DNA from: Lachnospiraceae bacterium | GTDB lineage: Bacteria > Bacillota > Clostridia > Lachnospirales > Lachnospiraceae | Direction: 5' to 3' | Assembly: GCA_017618075.1 (NCBI GenBank) | Contig: JAFZUY010000033.1 | Coordinates: 2,822 to 66,821, forward strand | DNA: 64,000 bases | Shown: positions 37,765 to 47,652 of the stretch, one piece after another | How positions within the stretch are numbered: the first letter of the stretch is position 1 | Layout of the letters: each line of letters opens with the position of its first letter | Notes under the pieces: model-generated | Database searches by the model: none | The model's input: the letters and a program-made list of their open reading frames with translations, nothing else | Told to the model about the DNA's origin: nothing | Made by a program: the position numbers and the translations under genes

Positions 37765-38349
37765 ATGCTCAATTACTTATTTGCTTTAATCATATATATC
37801 AGTTTTATCGTTTTAATATTTGCTCTTAAACTCAATCCGAAGCCGGGCAAAAAGGTCCTCGCCTTTACAATAATAATCCCTTTGGCATCATTAATCCTTC
37901 AGCTTGTTTCGGAGTGGATTCTTTATATTGCAATATATCTTTTCTCGGATATCAAATCCTTTTATTTTACGATTGGAATAATCATCAATATTATCGAACT
38001 TACACTTCCGTTTATAACCGTGCTCATTATCGGCAAAACAAACGGTTTAAAAGTAAACCTTAAACTGGTGCTCGCATTTGCAACAATTTTCGTAGTCCTT
38101 TCGTTCATTCTTAAACTCATAATTTTAAACGGTGACTGGCAGCTTTATGCAGACGAATATCTGACGGATGCAATCTTAAACGGCTCGGAGTATGATCTTT
38201 TAACAGCGGGAGACGACCTTAAAATCCTGCAGACATTCCTTGTGGTTATCAATGCGGTACCGACGGCAATTCTTGAAATTTTCACAGTAATAAACAGCCT
38301 TGAGGCAAAGAAAAGCAGAAAATCTAATTTGCGAAAAAAGGCAAAATAA
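37765..38349 (+). CDS. Hypothetical membrane protein
   Basis: About 5 hydrophobic segments. Confidence 0.7.
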   Translation: MLNYLFALIIYISFIVLIFALKLNPKPGKKVLAFTIIIPLASLILQLVSEWILYIAIYLFSDIKSFYFTIGIIINIIELTLPFITVLIIGKTNGLKVNLKLVLAFATIFVVLSFILKLIILNGDWQLYADEYLTDAILNGSEYDLLTAGDDLKILQTFLVVINAVPTAILEIFTVINSLEAKKSRKSNLRKKAK

Positions 38350-38436
38350 ATAAATTATATTACCGCAAACGGTATATATCATAAAAGACACCGGCGTTAA
38401 AATACAATTGTTCAAACTTGTTATGGAGGAGAGACG

Positions 38437-40089
38437 ATGTTTGCGTGCAAAAACTGCGGCGGAAATATCATATACGACATAAAGTCTAAAAAGCTCGTCT
38501 GCAAAAAATGCAGTTCGTCTTTTGCACCCGAGAGCGTGACGAAAGAAAACGATTCCGTGGATTACGATTATTTCGAAACCACGGTTTTTACATGTCCTCA
38601 GTGCGGCGCAGAGATTATGTGTGAAGATAACGAAGCTTCAAGCTTCTGTACATACTGCGCATCGTCGACGGTTCTTACTTCAAGAATTTCCAAAGAGAAA
38701 AAACCCGATTACATCATTCCTTTTGAAAAGACCAAAGAGGAGTGCATCGGCGAATTTAAAAAGATTACCAAGAGAGCAATCTTTGCTCCGAGTGAATTAA
38801 AAGATTCAAAGATTCTGGATCAGTTCAAGGCAATATACGTTCCGTACTGGTTTTATGAGGTTAACCAGGAAGGGCTTTTTAAGGTCAGCGGAGCGGAGAT
38901 TCATAAAACCGCAGATTTTGTCACATCGTATTATTTTGATGTAAACGGATATATAAAAGGTGAATTTGAAGGTATCTGCAGGGATGCGTCATATTCATTC
39001 TCAGATGATTTGGGCGAGAGAATCGCACCGTTTTTTACCGAAGGAAAAAAGAAGTTTTACCCTTCGTATCTTAGCGGATTTTACGCAGACATATCAGACG
39101 TTGACAGTATAGTGTATGAGCACGAGGCTGAAGAACTTGCCAATGATGTTGCAAGGGAAGTTGTATCGAACGCATCCTGCAAGGGCGAATACAAAAACAT
39201 GAAGATATATCTGTCAAACGACGAAGCCACCGAGCAGTTTAACACCGCGGTAAGTGCCAAGAGAGCATTGTTCCCGATATGGTTTATGTCTTTTAAGAAC
39301 GAAAAGAAAGTGGCCTATATGACGGTCAACGGTCAGACGGGCAAGGCGGCGAGCGATTTTCCCATTTCGAAAAGAAAGTTTGCAATAGGCATATTGCTGT
39401 TAACGCTTCTATTCTTACCGATTACATGGCTTATTGTATCTTTATTCCCTCAAAGAACTGCATTTGCAACGCTTGATGCGGCATTGCTTCTTTCGTGTGC
39501 TTCGTACATCATTTACTACGTTCAGATGAAGATTCTGCAGATAAAAGATTCGGGCTCGGAGGACGCAGGACGCTTTTATCAGAAGACCAAAGTAGTATAT
39601 ATAAAAAACAAAGATAAAAATGAGCTTTTAAAACAGTATATAAGACAAAGTATCATCGATATCGTAATGGGTGTATTCTATGTCGGAATGATTCTGTGGG
39701 AAGTTCCTTTTATTCTAAATATTTCGAGCCAGGGCAAACTGTTTAGTATTGGTGCAATGTCGGGAGTTTTCAGAGTTTTTCTTATTGTCGGAAACCTGAT
39801 ACTTGCAGCAATAGGTTTTATCAGAGCCGGAAAACTTAAAAACAGTGCAAAATATTACGGGGCTCTTTTAGGAGGCATTTTAATGGCAGCGGTTCTCGGA
39901 ATAGAGCTTATAAATGCGCAGAGTGCAATCCTAAGCATCATAAGCAGCGTGCTTTTATGTGCCGGTGCCTTCCTTACGATATTCGATCTTGTGCTTTATC
40001 ACAACGAGCTGACCACGAGAAAGCCCGCACATCTTAAAAGAAGAGGAGGTGACGCAATTGCCGAAGATATTAATAATTTTGATATGTAG
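38437..40089 (+). CDS. Zinc-ribbon membrane protein
   Basis: Four CxxC pairs, IYVPYW and VNGQTGK motifs, C-terminal TMs. Confidence 0.8.
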   Translation: MFACKNCGGNIIYDIKSKKLVCKKCSSSFAPESVTKENDSVDYDYFETTVFTCPQCGAEIMCEDNEASSFCTYCASSTVLTSRISKEKKPDYIIPFEKTKEECIGEFKKITKRAIFAPSELKDSKILDQFKAIYVPYWFYEVNQEGLFKVSGAEIHKTADFVTSYYFDVNGYIKGEFEGICRDASYSFSDDLGERIAPFFTEGKKKFYPSYLSGFYADISDVDSIVYEHEAEELANDVAREVVSNASCKGEYKNMKIYLSNDEATEQFNTAVSAKRALFPIWFMSFKNEKKVAYMTVNGQTGKAASDFPISKRKFAIGILLLTLLFLPITWLIVSLFPQRTAFATLDAALLLSCASYIIYYVQMKILQIKDSGSEDAGRFYQKTKVVYIKNKDKNELLKQYIRQSIIDIVMGVFYVGMILWEVPFILNISSQGKLFSIGAMSGVFRVFLIVGNLILAAIGFIRAGKLKNSAKYYGALLGGILMAAVLGIELINAQSAILSIISSVLLCAGAFLTIFDLVLYHNELTTRKPAHLKRRGGDAIAEDINNFDM

Positions 40090-40297
40090 TCTGATACTTG
40101 CGTTCTTTGCGGCATTTATTACCTGCTATTTTTTGGCAAAGATTACCTCGCTTCCCGGAAAGAAATCCGAAGCCGAAGAAGATGAATTCAATCTCTTCGG
40201 CGTTAAGTATGACTGTGTTGCCAAGAACATTGAAGTCAAAAACAAATCCTATTCGTCCCATGAAAGACCGAAGGACGACAAAACACGAATTTACTGA
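40058..40297 (+). CDS. Small membrane protein (resembles the tail of TPM-domain proteins)
   Basis: GGAGG RBS then TTG 40058; one TM followed by a polar tail ending ERPKDD. Confidence 0.45.
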   Translation: MPKILIILICSLILAFFAAFITCYFLAKITSLPGKKSEAEEDEFNLFGVKYDCVAKNIEVKNKSYSSHERPKDDKTRIY

Positions 40298-40339
40298 CAG
40301 AATATATTTACTGACTCTGCGACTGCCTGAAAAATTACG

Positions 40340-40373
40340 AAAACTCCGAGCCTTAAGGGCTTCGGAGTTTTTT
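40340..40373 (+). terminator. Intrinsic terminator
   Basis: aaaactccgagcc..ggcttcggagtttttt. Confidence 0.8.
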
Positions 40374-40444
40374 ATGGAAAAGCCCTGTTTTAGGGCAGAA
40401 TATTAAGATTTGTTTAAGATTAAAATAAATTTTTTTAAAACCTA

Positions 40445-40512
40445 TTGACAAGGTGTTATGTACTGTTATACACTGTTTACTGTTATAAGGTGTTTATCGC
40501 CACTATAACAGT
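40445..40512 (+). promoter_or_regulatory. Promoter and candidate GntR/YtrA operator repeats
   Basis: TTGACA (40445), 18 nt, TACACT. TACTGTTATA at 40461 and 40478, inverted TATAACAGT at 40504. Confidence 0.65.
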
Positions 40513-40565
40513 GTAACATTTTTTATGAGGCAGCATTTTACGGACTTAACCCGACGGGGGAAAAT

Positions 40566-40946
40566 ATGAAGATTATCATCAACAATTCTTCAATGGTACC
40601 GATTTATACGCAGATTATTCAGCAGATAAAAGCGCAGATTGCGTCTGACGTTCTGCATGAAAATGATCCGCTTCCTTCCGTGAGATCCTTGTCAAAGGAT
40701 CTTAACATCAGTGCACTTACCGTCAAAAAGGCATATGACGAGCTTGAGGCGCTGGGTTTTGTTGTGACCGTACACGGCAAGGGTACATACATATCCGGCA
40801 ATAATTCGGAGTACATAAAAGAAAATCAGATAAAAGAAGTAGAAAACGGGTTAAAAGACTCCATAGAAAAAGCAGAACGTTATTCAATCTCCAAAGAAGA
40901 TGTCAGGGAAATGTTTGACATGCTTCTGGATGAAACGGAGGCTTAA
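40566..40946 (+). CDS. GntR family regulator (YtrA subfamily)
   Basis: PIYTQI, LPSVRSLSKDL.IS..TVKKAY and GKGTYI; short C-terminal domain. Confidence 0.93.
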   Translation: MKIIINNSSMVPIYTQIIQQIKAQIASDVLHENDPLPSVRSLSKDLNISALTVKKAYDELEALGFVVTVHGKGTYISGNNSEYIKENQIKEVENGLKDSIEKAERYSISKEDVREMFDMLLDETEA

Positions 40947-41798
40947 ATGCTTGAAGTAAAAAATGTTGTTAAGAAATATAAAAATTTCACATTAAACGTT
41001 TCGATGGAATTAAAGCCCGGAATGATTACGGGACTTGTCGGCGCTAACGGAGCGGGTAAAAGCACTACTTTTAAAATAATGCTCGGTCTGGTCAATCCCG
41101 ACAGCGGAGAAGTCCTTATAAACGGAGAAAACATTAAGGCTTATAAAAACTCCGGCAAAGAGGACATAGGCTGCGTGCTGGCAGACTCTTTCTTCCCTGA
41201 CATCATAAAAGTAAAGGAACTAAAATCCATTTTAAAAGCTTCGTACAAAAGTTTTGACGGAGAGTATTTTGTAAAAAAATGCGAAGAATACGAAATACCT
41301 ATGGACAAGAAGATTTCCGAACTCTCAGGCGGTATGAAAGCCAAATTAAGAGTCGTTACGGCGCTTTCGCATGACAGCAAAATCTTAATTTTGGATGAGC
41401 CCACTTCGGGACTTGATGTGGTTTCAAGAGAAGAAATACTTACAGAGCTTCGCGAATACATGGAAAAAGACGAAGAGAGATCAATCGTTATAAGTTCTCA
41501 TATTTCTTCGGATATCGAAAAAATCTGCGATGACATATACGTTATCAACAACGGCGAAATAGTTATTCATGATGATACGGACACGCTGCTTTTTGAATAT
41601 GCGGCATTAAAGATTGGCGATGAAGATTATGAGAGCCTTGACAAACAGTATGTGATAGCCGTCAGAAAAGAATCGTACGGATATGAGTGCCTTACGGATA
41701 AAAAAGATTATTACCTTGAAAACTTCCCCGATATGGTAATCGAAAAAATGAATCTGGATGAACTCATGCTGATTCTCTATAAAGGAGAAAAACTATGA
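40947..41798 (+). CDS. ABC transporter ATP-binding protein
   Basis: GANGAGKST, LSGG and ILDEPT. Confidence 0.95.
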   Translation: MLEVKNVVKKYKNFTLNVSMELKPGMITGLVGANGAGKSTTFKIMLGLVNPDSGEVLINGENIKAYKNSGKEDIGCVLADSFFPDIIKVKELKSILKASYKSFDGEYFVKKCEEYEIPMDKKISELSGGMKAKLRVVTALSHDSKILILDEPTSGLDVVSREEILTELREYMEKDEERSIVISSHISSDIEKICDDIYVINNGEIVIHDDTDTLLFEYAALKIGDEDYESLDKQYVIAVRKESYGYECLTDKKDYYLENFPDMVIEKMNLDELMLILYKGEKL

Positions 41799-42463
41799 AA
41801 GGTCTCATTATCAAGGATTTAAAACTGGTATTTAAAAATAAAGTCCTGATTGTCCTGATGGCTTTATTCTCCCTCTTAGGATTCGTCGGTATGGATTCGA
41901 GCTTTATGGTCGGATACTTTACGCTTTTCTTTACCGGCCTTGCAATCTCAACATGCGGATACGATGAGAGAAACAATACGGTTGCATATCTTCTTACAAT
42001 GCCTGTTTCCAGAATGGATTATGTCATAGAGAAGTATCTTTTTACGACAGGTCTGGGATTTATCGGATATGCTTTAAGCGTTGCGATATCTTTTATAGGT
42101 TGTCATTTTATACAGGGAGATCCGTATGATATAACATCTCTTTCACTGGGAGTTTTTATATTCTTAATCCCCACGCTGATGATTCCGATTAACATCAAAT
42201 TCGGAACCACCAAAGGGCGTCTTATTACGCTTGCAATTTCAGGAATCATCGCATTTATAATCGGAGTTCTGGTTCCGCCGCTTTTGATGATGTCGAGCGT
42301 GACCGAGTTAACTTTTGACGAAGAATATGCCATCACGGAATACGTGGTAGAAGTGGGACTGAGAACCTATCTGATTGCGGCAGGCGTGCTGCTTACGATT
42401 GTAGGCGCATATGTAGCTTCGTTTTTTATAAGTTTAAATATCATAAAAAAGAAAAATTATTAA
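41795..42463 (+). CDS. ABC-2 transporter permease
   Basis: About 6 TM; YLLTMPVSR..YV.EKY motif. Confidence 0.88.
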   Translation: MKGLIIKDLKLVFKNKVLIVLMALFSLLGFVGMDSSFMVGYFTLFFTGLAISTCGYDERNNTVAYLLTMPVSRMDYVIEKYLFTTGLGFIGYALSVAISFIGCHFIQGDPYDITSLSLGVFIFLIPTLMIPINIKFGTTKGRLITLAISGIIAFIIGVLVPPLLMMSSVTELTFDEEYAITEYVVEVGLRTYLIAAGVLLTIVGAYVASFFISLNIIKKKNY

Positions 42464-42481
42464 ATATATAAAGGAGTTGAA

Positions 42482-43378
42482 ATGGCTTCATTAATTGAAA
42501 TCAGGAATATGTGTAAGATTTACAATCCGGGCGAGAATGAGGTAAGAGCGCTCGATCACGTATCCCTTTCCATCGGTGAAAACGAATTTGTAGCCATCAT
42601 CGGTCATTCCGGATCGGGAAAATCGACACTCATGAATATGCTCGGGTGTCTCGATGTACCTACCAGCGGTATTTACCTCTTACACGGTTCGGATGTTTCG
42701 CTTTTAAGCGATGATGAGCTCTCGGATATCAGAAACCAGGAAATCGGCTTTATATTCCAGGGCTTCAATCTGATATCGAATCTAACCGCTTTCGAAAATG
42801 TGGAACTGCCTCTTATATACAGAGGAGTTTCAAAACGAGAGCGAACCAATCTTGCAAAGGAAGCGCTTCGGAAAGTCGGACTTGAAAACAGAATGACTCA
42901 CAAGCCTTCGGAAATGTCCGGCGGTCAGCAGCAGAGAGTTGCGATAGCACGAGCGATAGCTCAGGCACCGCCCGTAATACTGGCGGATGAGCCTACAGGT
43001 AACCTCGACTCACATTCGTCCCAGGAAATCATGAATATCCTAAAACAGCTGCACGCTGAGGGAAGAACGGTCATAGTTATCACGCATGACAATGACATCG
43101 CGGCAAATGCCAAGCGAATCGTTCATATCGAAGACGGACGAATAACATCGGATTCCGCAAACGAAGGATTAAGCCGTGACGATATAGCAAAAGAAATTCG
43201 AGGCAACTCCACAATGTATGGAGAAGAAGATTCAATGCAGCTTCCTTCGGAAGATGATATAAGAAAAGAAAACGAAGAAGCATATATCAGTCAGACCGAT
43301 GATTACGATTTGGATGTTAAGGATGAAACTATAGATTTACATTTGATTGGAGATAAGCAGAATGAGCAGGAAGAATAA
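42482..43378 (+). CDS. MacB/LolD-type ABC ATP-binding protein with acidic C-terminal tail
   Basis: GHSGSGKST, MSGGQQQRVAIARA and LADEPTGNLD. Confidence 0.95.
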   Translation: MASLIEIRNMCKIYNPGENEVRALDHVSLSIGENEFVAIIGHSGSGKSTLMNMLGCLDVPTSGIYLLHGSDVSLLSDDELSDIRNQEIGFIFQGFNLISNLTAFENVELPLIYRGVSKRERTNLAKEALRKVGLENRMTHKPSEMSGGQQQRVAIARAIAQAPPVILADEPTGNLDSHSSQEIMNILKQLHAEGRTVIVITHDNDIAANAKRIVHIEDGRITSDSANEGLSRDDIAKEIRGNSTMYGEEDSMQLPSEDDIRKENEEAYISQTDDYDLDVKDETIDLHLIGDKQNEQEE

Positions 43379-45011
43379 CCCACAATTATCACTCGACAGA
43401 GAAAATCTTGATGCACAGCTTGAAGCGGCTGCACAGAAGAGAAAGAAACAAAAGAGAAAGAAAGTAGTTATAAGAATAATTGTTATAGCAGTTATTCTCG
43501 TGGCTGTTATTGCTGTAGCAGGTTTAGTAATCGGAATTATGGCTGCTAAAAAAGCAAAGGGTCAGATGGTTAATGTAACACACGCAGAAGACCAGGAAAT
43601 CACGCAGGAAGTTAAGCTTAGCGGAACCGTTCAGAGCGACAATGTTCAGCATTTCTATTCACCCACAGCCATCAAGGTTGAAAGCGTGGTTGAAATCGGA
43701 ACATTCGTTAAGAAGGGCGATCCTATCATAAAATTTGACAAAGAATCTTATGATCTTGCATTAAAGCAGCTTGAATTAACCGACAAGATTACGGAAAACA
43801 ATTACCAGAGCAATGTGACAAGCAATAATTCAATGTTAAGCAAACTCGCACAGGCTCAGGCGGATGTTGCCAAATATCAGGCAGAAGTTAATGAAAAGCA
43901 GGCAGCAGTTGATAATTACGGTGACACTGATGCCATCAATAAATTAAACAAAGACGTTCAGACACAGATAGCTCTTGAACAGGGCAACATCGCATACTGC
44001 GAAGCAGAAATTGAAAACCTCTGGGTAGCATACAAGATTTCGACAGGCTATGACACAATGAGCCAGGGCGAAGCAGAGCAGGCACAGAAAAATTTTGAAC
44101 AGCAGGCCGATGTAAAAGCTCTTCGTGAAAAAATCGCTTATTCCAACACCGTTATCAAGAATGTCAGCGGCATGATTTCGGACAAGACCGAAAGTCTTGC
44201 CGAAGCAAAACAGAAACTTGCCGAAGCACAGTCAAAGCTTGAAACAGCCAAAGCACAGGTTGAATCCTACAAAGCTTCTTCAGGAAACGAGTACGACAGA
44301 GAAAACCTTGAACTTCAGGGTGAACTTAACACACTTAAGTCCGGCAGCGAATATGAAGAACTTCAGAAATACAAAGACGGTTGTCTTTTAGCTCCTTTTG
44401 ACGGTATTGTTACCGCATCTTATGTCAGCGAAGGTATGACCACATCGCTTGCAGGTGCCGAAATCATTGAGTTCTCAAGTATCAATGAAGTCAGCGTAGC
44501 TATTTCAATCAGTAAGAAAGATATTGAAAAGATTAAAGAAGGTCAGGATGTAAAGGTTACAATTCTTGACAAGGATTATGAAGGTGAGATTTCAAGAATC
44601 TCTCGTGTGGCAATCTCGGGTGGCGGTACAACAAGCGTTTCAGCAGTTATTAAGATCAAAAATCCTGATGATGATATTTACCTCGGAGTTGAAGCAAAGA
44701 ATGTAATCGTTACGGCTCATAAAGACAGTTGCTTAACTCTTCCTTCCGAATCCATTAACGTTGACAGTGACGGATTTTTTGTATACACAGTAAACGACAT
44801 GAACATAGTTGAAAAGAAACCTGTAGAAGTCGGCGTATCAAGTGAAGACCGTACAGAAATCTTGGAAGGCATAACAGCAGACGACAAAGTTGTAACCTAT
44901 GTTACATCCGTAGTTAAGGAAGGCGCTATTGTAGTTCCTATGGAAGGCGATGACTTGACTTCCGCTATGGGCGGACTTGGCGGCAATATAGGAATAACCG
45001 TCACTAACTAA
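43362..45011 (+). CDS. Efflux membrane-fusion/adaptor protein (MacA/YknX-like)
   Basis: N-terminal TM, VKKGD lipoyl half, long coiled coil, APFDGIVT and VEVG..EILEGI. Confidence 0.85.
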   Translation: MSRKNNPQLSLDRENLDAQLEAAAQKRKKQKRKKVVIRIIVIAVILVAVIAVAGLVIGIMAAKKAKGQMVNVTHAEDQEITQEVKLSGTVQSDNVQHFYSPTAIKVESVVEIGTFVKKGDPIIKFDKESYDLALKQLELTDKITENNYQSNVTSNNSMLSKLAQAQADVAKYQAEVNEKQAAVDNYGDTDAINKLNKDVQTQIALEQGNIAYCEAEIENLWVAYKISTGYDTMSQGEAEQAQKNFEQQADVKALREKIAYSNTVIKNVSGMISDKTESLAEAKQKLAEAQSKLETAKAQVESYKASSGNEYDRENLELQGELNTLKSGSEYEELQKYKDGCLLAPFDGIVTASYVSEGMTTSLAGAEIIEFSSINEVSVAISISKKDIEKIKEGQDVKVTILDKDYEGEISRISRVAISGGGTTSVSAVIKIKNPDDDIYLGVEAKNVIVTAHKDSCLTLPSESINVDSDGFFVYTVNDMNIVEKKPVEVGVSSEDRTEILEGITADDKVVTYVTSVVKEGAIVVPMEGDDLTSAMGGLGGNIGITVTN

Positions 45012-45038
45012 TAAAAAGACTTATTGACAGGAAAACAA

Positions 45039-46271
45039 ATGGGACAATTTTTAGAATACGTAAAAATTGCATATAAGAGTATTACTTCCAATAAAGGCCG
45101 TACGTTTTTAACCATGCTCGGAATCATTATAGGTATCTCTTCCGTTATAATGATCACCGGTCTCGGAAGCGGTGTAAAAAATGCACTTGACGGGGCACTC
45201 GGAGATCTTTTCAAAGGACAGACATATATCTATGGCTATGCCGGAGATGAATGCATAACGGTAAATGATATCGAGTACATCAAGGACACTGTACCGGATC
45301 TGGCAGTATGTTCCATCGAAGAGTATATGGGCGGAACAGCAACATCTGTTAAAGGCGATTTCAATGTTGAATATTATATGGTAAATGAAACATATGAAAA
45401 ATATGCCGTCGAAGGACTTTTGCACGGAAGATATTTTACTGAAGAAGAATGTGACAGAGGCGACAACGTTGCTGTTATCAGTGAGGAAGGAGCCCAGGCA
45501 TTTTTCGGAAGCACGGATGTGGTAGGTCAGACAATTATGGTGGATTTATATGGCTATCAGCTTGATTATCGTATCATCGGTGTCAGAAAAGCCAAAGATT
45601 CGGTAATTATGAATATGGCCAATATGATGAACGGAACATCCATTAAGCTGGAAGTACCTTATATGCACTTTGTAAATGCTACGGGAGAAACGTGGCCAAT
45701 AGAGGGAATATACTCCATGCTTATTTCTTCCGACTCTCCTAATATAAACGAAACACTTAAAAGAATTGTTTCGATACTTGAAGCCAGACATGATGTCAGA
45801 GGAGAAGACTGTTTTACCATCGACTCTTTTGATTCTTATATGGAAAAAATCAATCAGGTTATCGGATATGTCACACTGTTTGTTGGCTTTGTATCGGCTA
45901 TTTCACTTTTGGTAGGCGGTATCGGCGTTATGAACATCATGCTTGTATCCGTTACTGAGAGAACCTCCGAAATAGGTATCAGAAAAGCACTCGGTGCGAG
46001 AACGGGCTCAATTATGACCCAGTTCTTGGCGGAAGCCGGAATGATTACCCTGGTAGGCGGAGTAATCGGAGTTATAGCAGGCTACGCCGGTGCCGAAGCA
46101 CTCTGCCTTTTGGTAAGCGCTGTCGCAAAGATATCAGTGCATATTTCGGTAAATATAATTGTGGCCCTGGGCGCAGCACTCTTTTCTGCGGCAGTCGGAC
46201 TGTTCTTCGGAATATTCCCCGCCAGAAAAGCTGCAACATTAAGCCCTATTGAGGCACTCAGACAGGAATAA
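45039..46271 (+). CDS. MacB/FtsX-like ABC permease 1
   Basis: LTMLGIIIGISSV, VGGIGVMNIMLVSVTERT.EIGIRKALGA and PIEALR. Confidence 0.93.
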   Translation: MGQFLEYVKIAYKSITSNKGRTFLTMLGIIIGISSVIMITGLGSGVKNALDGALGDLFKGQTYIYGYAGDECITVNDIEYIKDTVPDLAVCSIEEYMGGTATSVKGDFNVEYYMVNETYEKYAVEGLLHGRYFTEEECDRGDNVAVISEEGAQAFFGSTDVVGQTIMVDLYGYQLDYRIIGVRKAKDSVIMNMANMMNGTSIKLEVPYMHFVNATGETWPIEGIYSMLISSDSPNINETLKRIVSILEARHDVRGEDCFTIDSFDSYMEKINQVIGYVTLFVGFVSAISLLVGGIGVMNIMLVSVTERTSEIGIRKALGARTGSIMTQFLAEAGMITLVGGVIGVIAGYAGAEALCLLVSAVAKISVHISVNIIVALGAALFSAAVGLFFGIFPARKAATLSPIEALRQE

Positions 46272-46272
46272 T

Positions 46273-47514
46273 ATGAGCAAATTTTTAGAATACTGCAAAA
46301 TTGCATTTTTCAACATAAAATCGAATAAAGTCAGAGCCTTTCTGACGATGCTCGGAATTATCATCGGTATATCTTCGGTGGTAGCGATTGTTAGTTTGGG
46401 CAGCGGATTTAAGAAAGCCATTGACAAGGAACTTTCGAATCTGGCCGGCAACACTCTTGAAGTATATTCCATGGGTGATACCGACTTCGACGATTCTGAC
46501 CTTGAAGCCCTGATGAAAAAAGATAAACATATCCTCGGAGTCACACCGGTTATTACACTCGGCGGAGAAGCAGCATATAAGGATATGCCGTCATATTCCG
46601 CAGAGATAAAAATAGGCAACGAACTGATGGATCAGGCTTCGAAATACGATCTTATTTACGGCAGATATTTTACGAAAGAAGAATACGAGCATAAGGAAAA
46701 AGTCTGCATCATAACCAAGAGCTCCGCCAGAAAACTGTTCGGACACGAAGATGTTGTAGGAATGACCGTTGATCTCTTTTATGGTAATAATAAAAGAGGC
46801 GGTACATTCAGAATCATCGGCGTAAGAGATGACAACTCATCGCAGATGGCAGACTTAATCATGGGCAGCGGAAGTTACGATGTTAAAGTCGAATGTCCGT
46901 TCCCGTCATTCATCGATGCAATCGGACTTTCAGGATACAATATCGGATATTACGATTTGGTCATCATCCTTGATGATGCCAAAAATGCGAGTGACGTACT
47001 CTCTCATGTAAGAGCAATTCTTGAAGCAAGACATGATATCCGCGGCGAGAGCCAGATACTGGTTATTGACTATAATGCAATCTTCCAGACCATCAGCGCA
47101 TCGCTTACATTGGTTACGCTTCTTATAATGCTTGTTGCCGGAATATCGCTCTTCGTAGGCGGTATCGGAGTAATGAATATCATGCTCGTATCCGTGACGG
47201 AGCGAACGCGAGAAATCGGTATCAGAAAAGCACTCGGTGCGAGAACGGGCTCGGTGCTTACACAGTTTTTGGTAGAAGCTGCATCGATATCATTACTCGG
47301 CGGAATAATCGGTATCATCTTGGGACTTGCGGGAGCGGAATTTATATGCTTCCTTATCTCAAACCTTACCACTTCAACATTGGTGGCAGACTTTAATCCG
47401 TTTTTCATCCTCGGAATAGCACTTTTCTCAATGTCGATCGGTGTGTTCTTTGGAATTTACCCTGCCAGAAAAGCAGCTAAGTTAAGCCCCATCGAGGCTC
47501 TTCGAAGAAGATAA
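46273..47514 (+). CDS. MacB/FtsX-like ABC permease 2 (tandem paralog)
   Basis: Same motifs as permease 1; ATG 46273. Confidence 0.93.
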   Translation: MSKFLEYCKIAFFNIKSNKVRAFLTMLGIIIGISSVVAIVSLGSGFKKAIDKELSNLAGNTLEVYSMGDTDFDDSDLEALMKKDKHILGVTPVITLGGEAAYKDMPSYSAEIKIGNELMDQASKYDLIYGRYFTKEEYEHKEKVCIITKSSARKLFGHEDVVGMTVDLFYGNNKRGGTFRIIGVRDDNSSQMADLIMGSGSYDVKVECPFPSFIDAIGLSGYNIGYYDLVIILDDAKNASDVLSHVRAILEARHDIRGESQILVIDYNAIFQTISASLTLVTLLIMLVAGISLFVGGIGVMNIMLVSVTERTREIGIRKALGARTGSVLTQFLVEAASISLLGGIIGIILGLAGAEFICFLISNLTTSTLVADFNPFFILGIALFSMSIGVFFGIYPARKAAKLSPIEALRRR

Positions 47515-47548
47515 CTTTTGCTTTTTCATATAATTTCATCCCCTTATT

Positions 47549-47581
47549 AAAGCAGAGAGCCGAAAAGTTCTCTGCTTTTTT
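47549..47581 (+). terminator. Intrinsic terminator
   Basis: aaagcagagagc..gttctctgctttttt. Confidence 0.85.
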
Positions 47582-47652
47582 GTAAAAAACCATTAAAAAA
47601 ATTTACTTCATTCGTATCATAATATAGACTACAATAAGGAGGGGTAAACATT

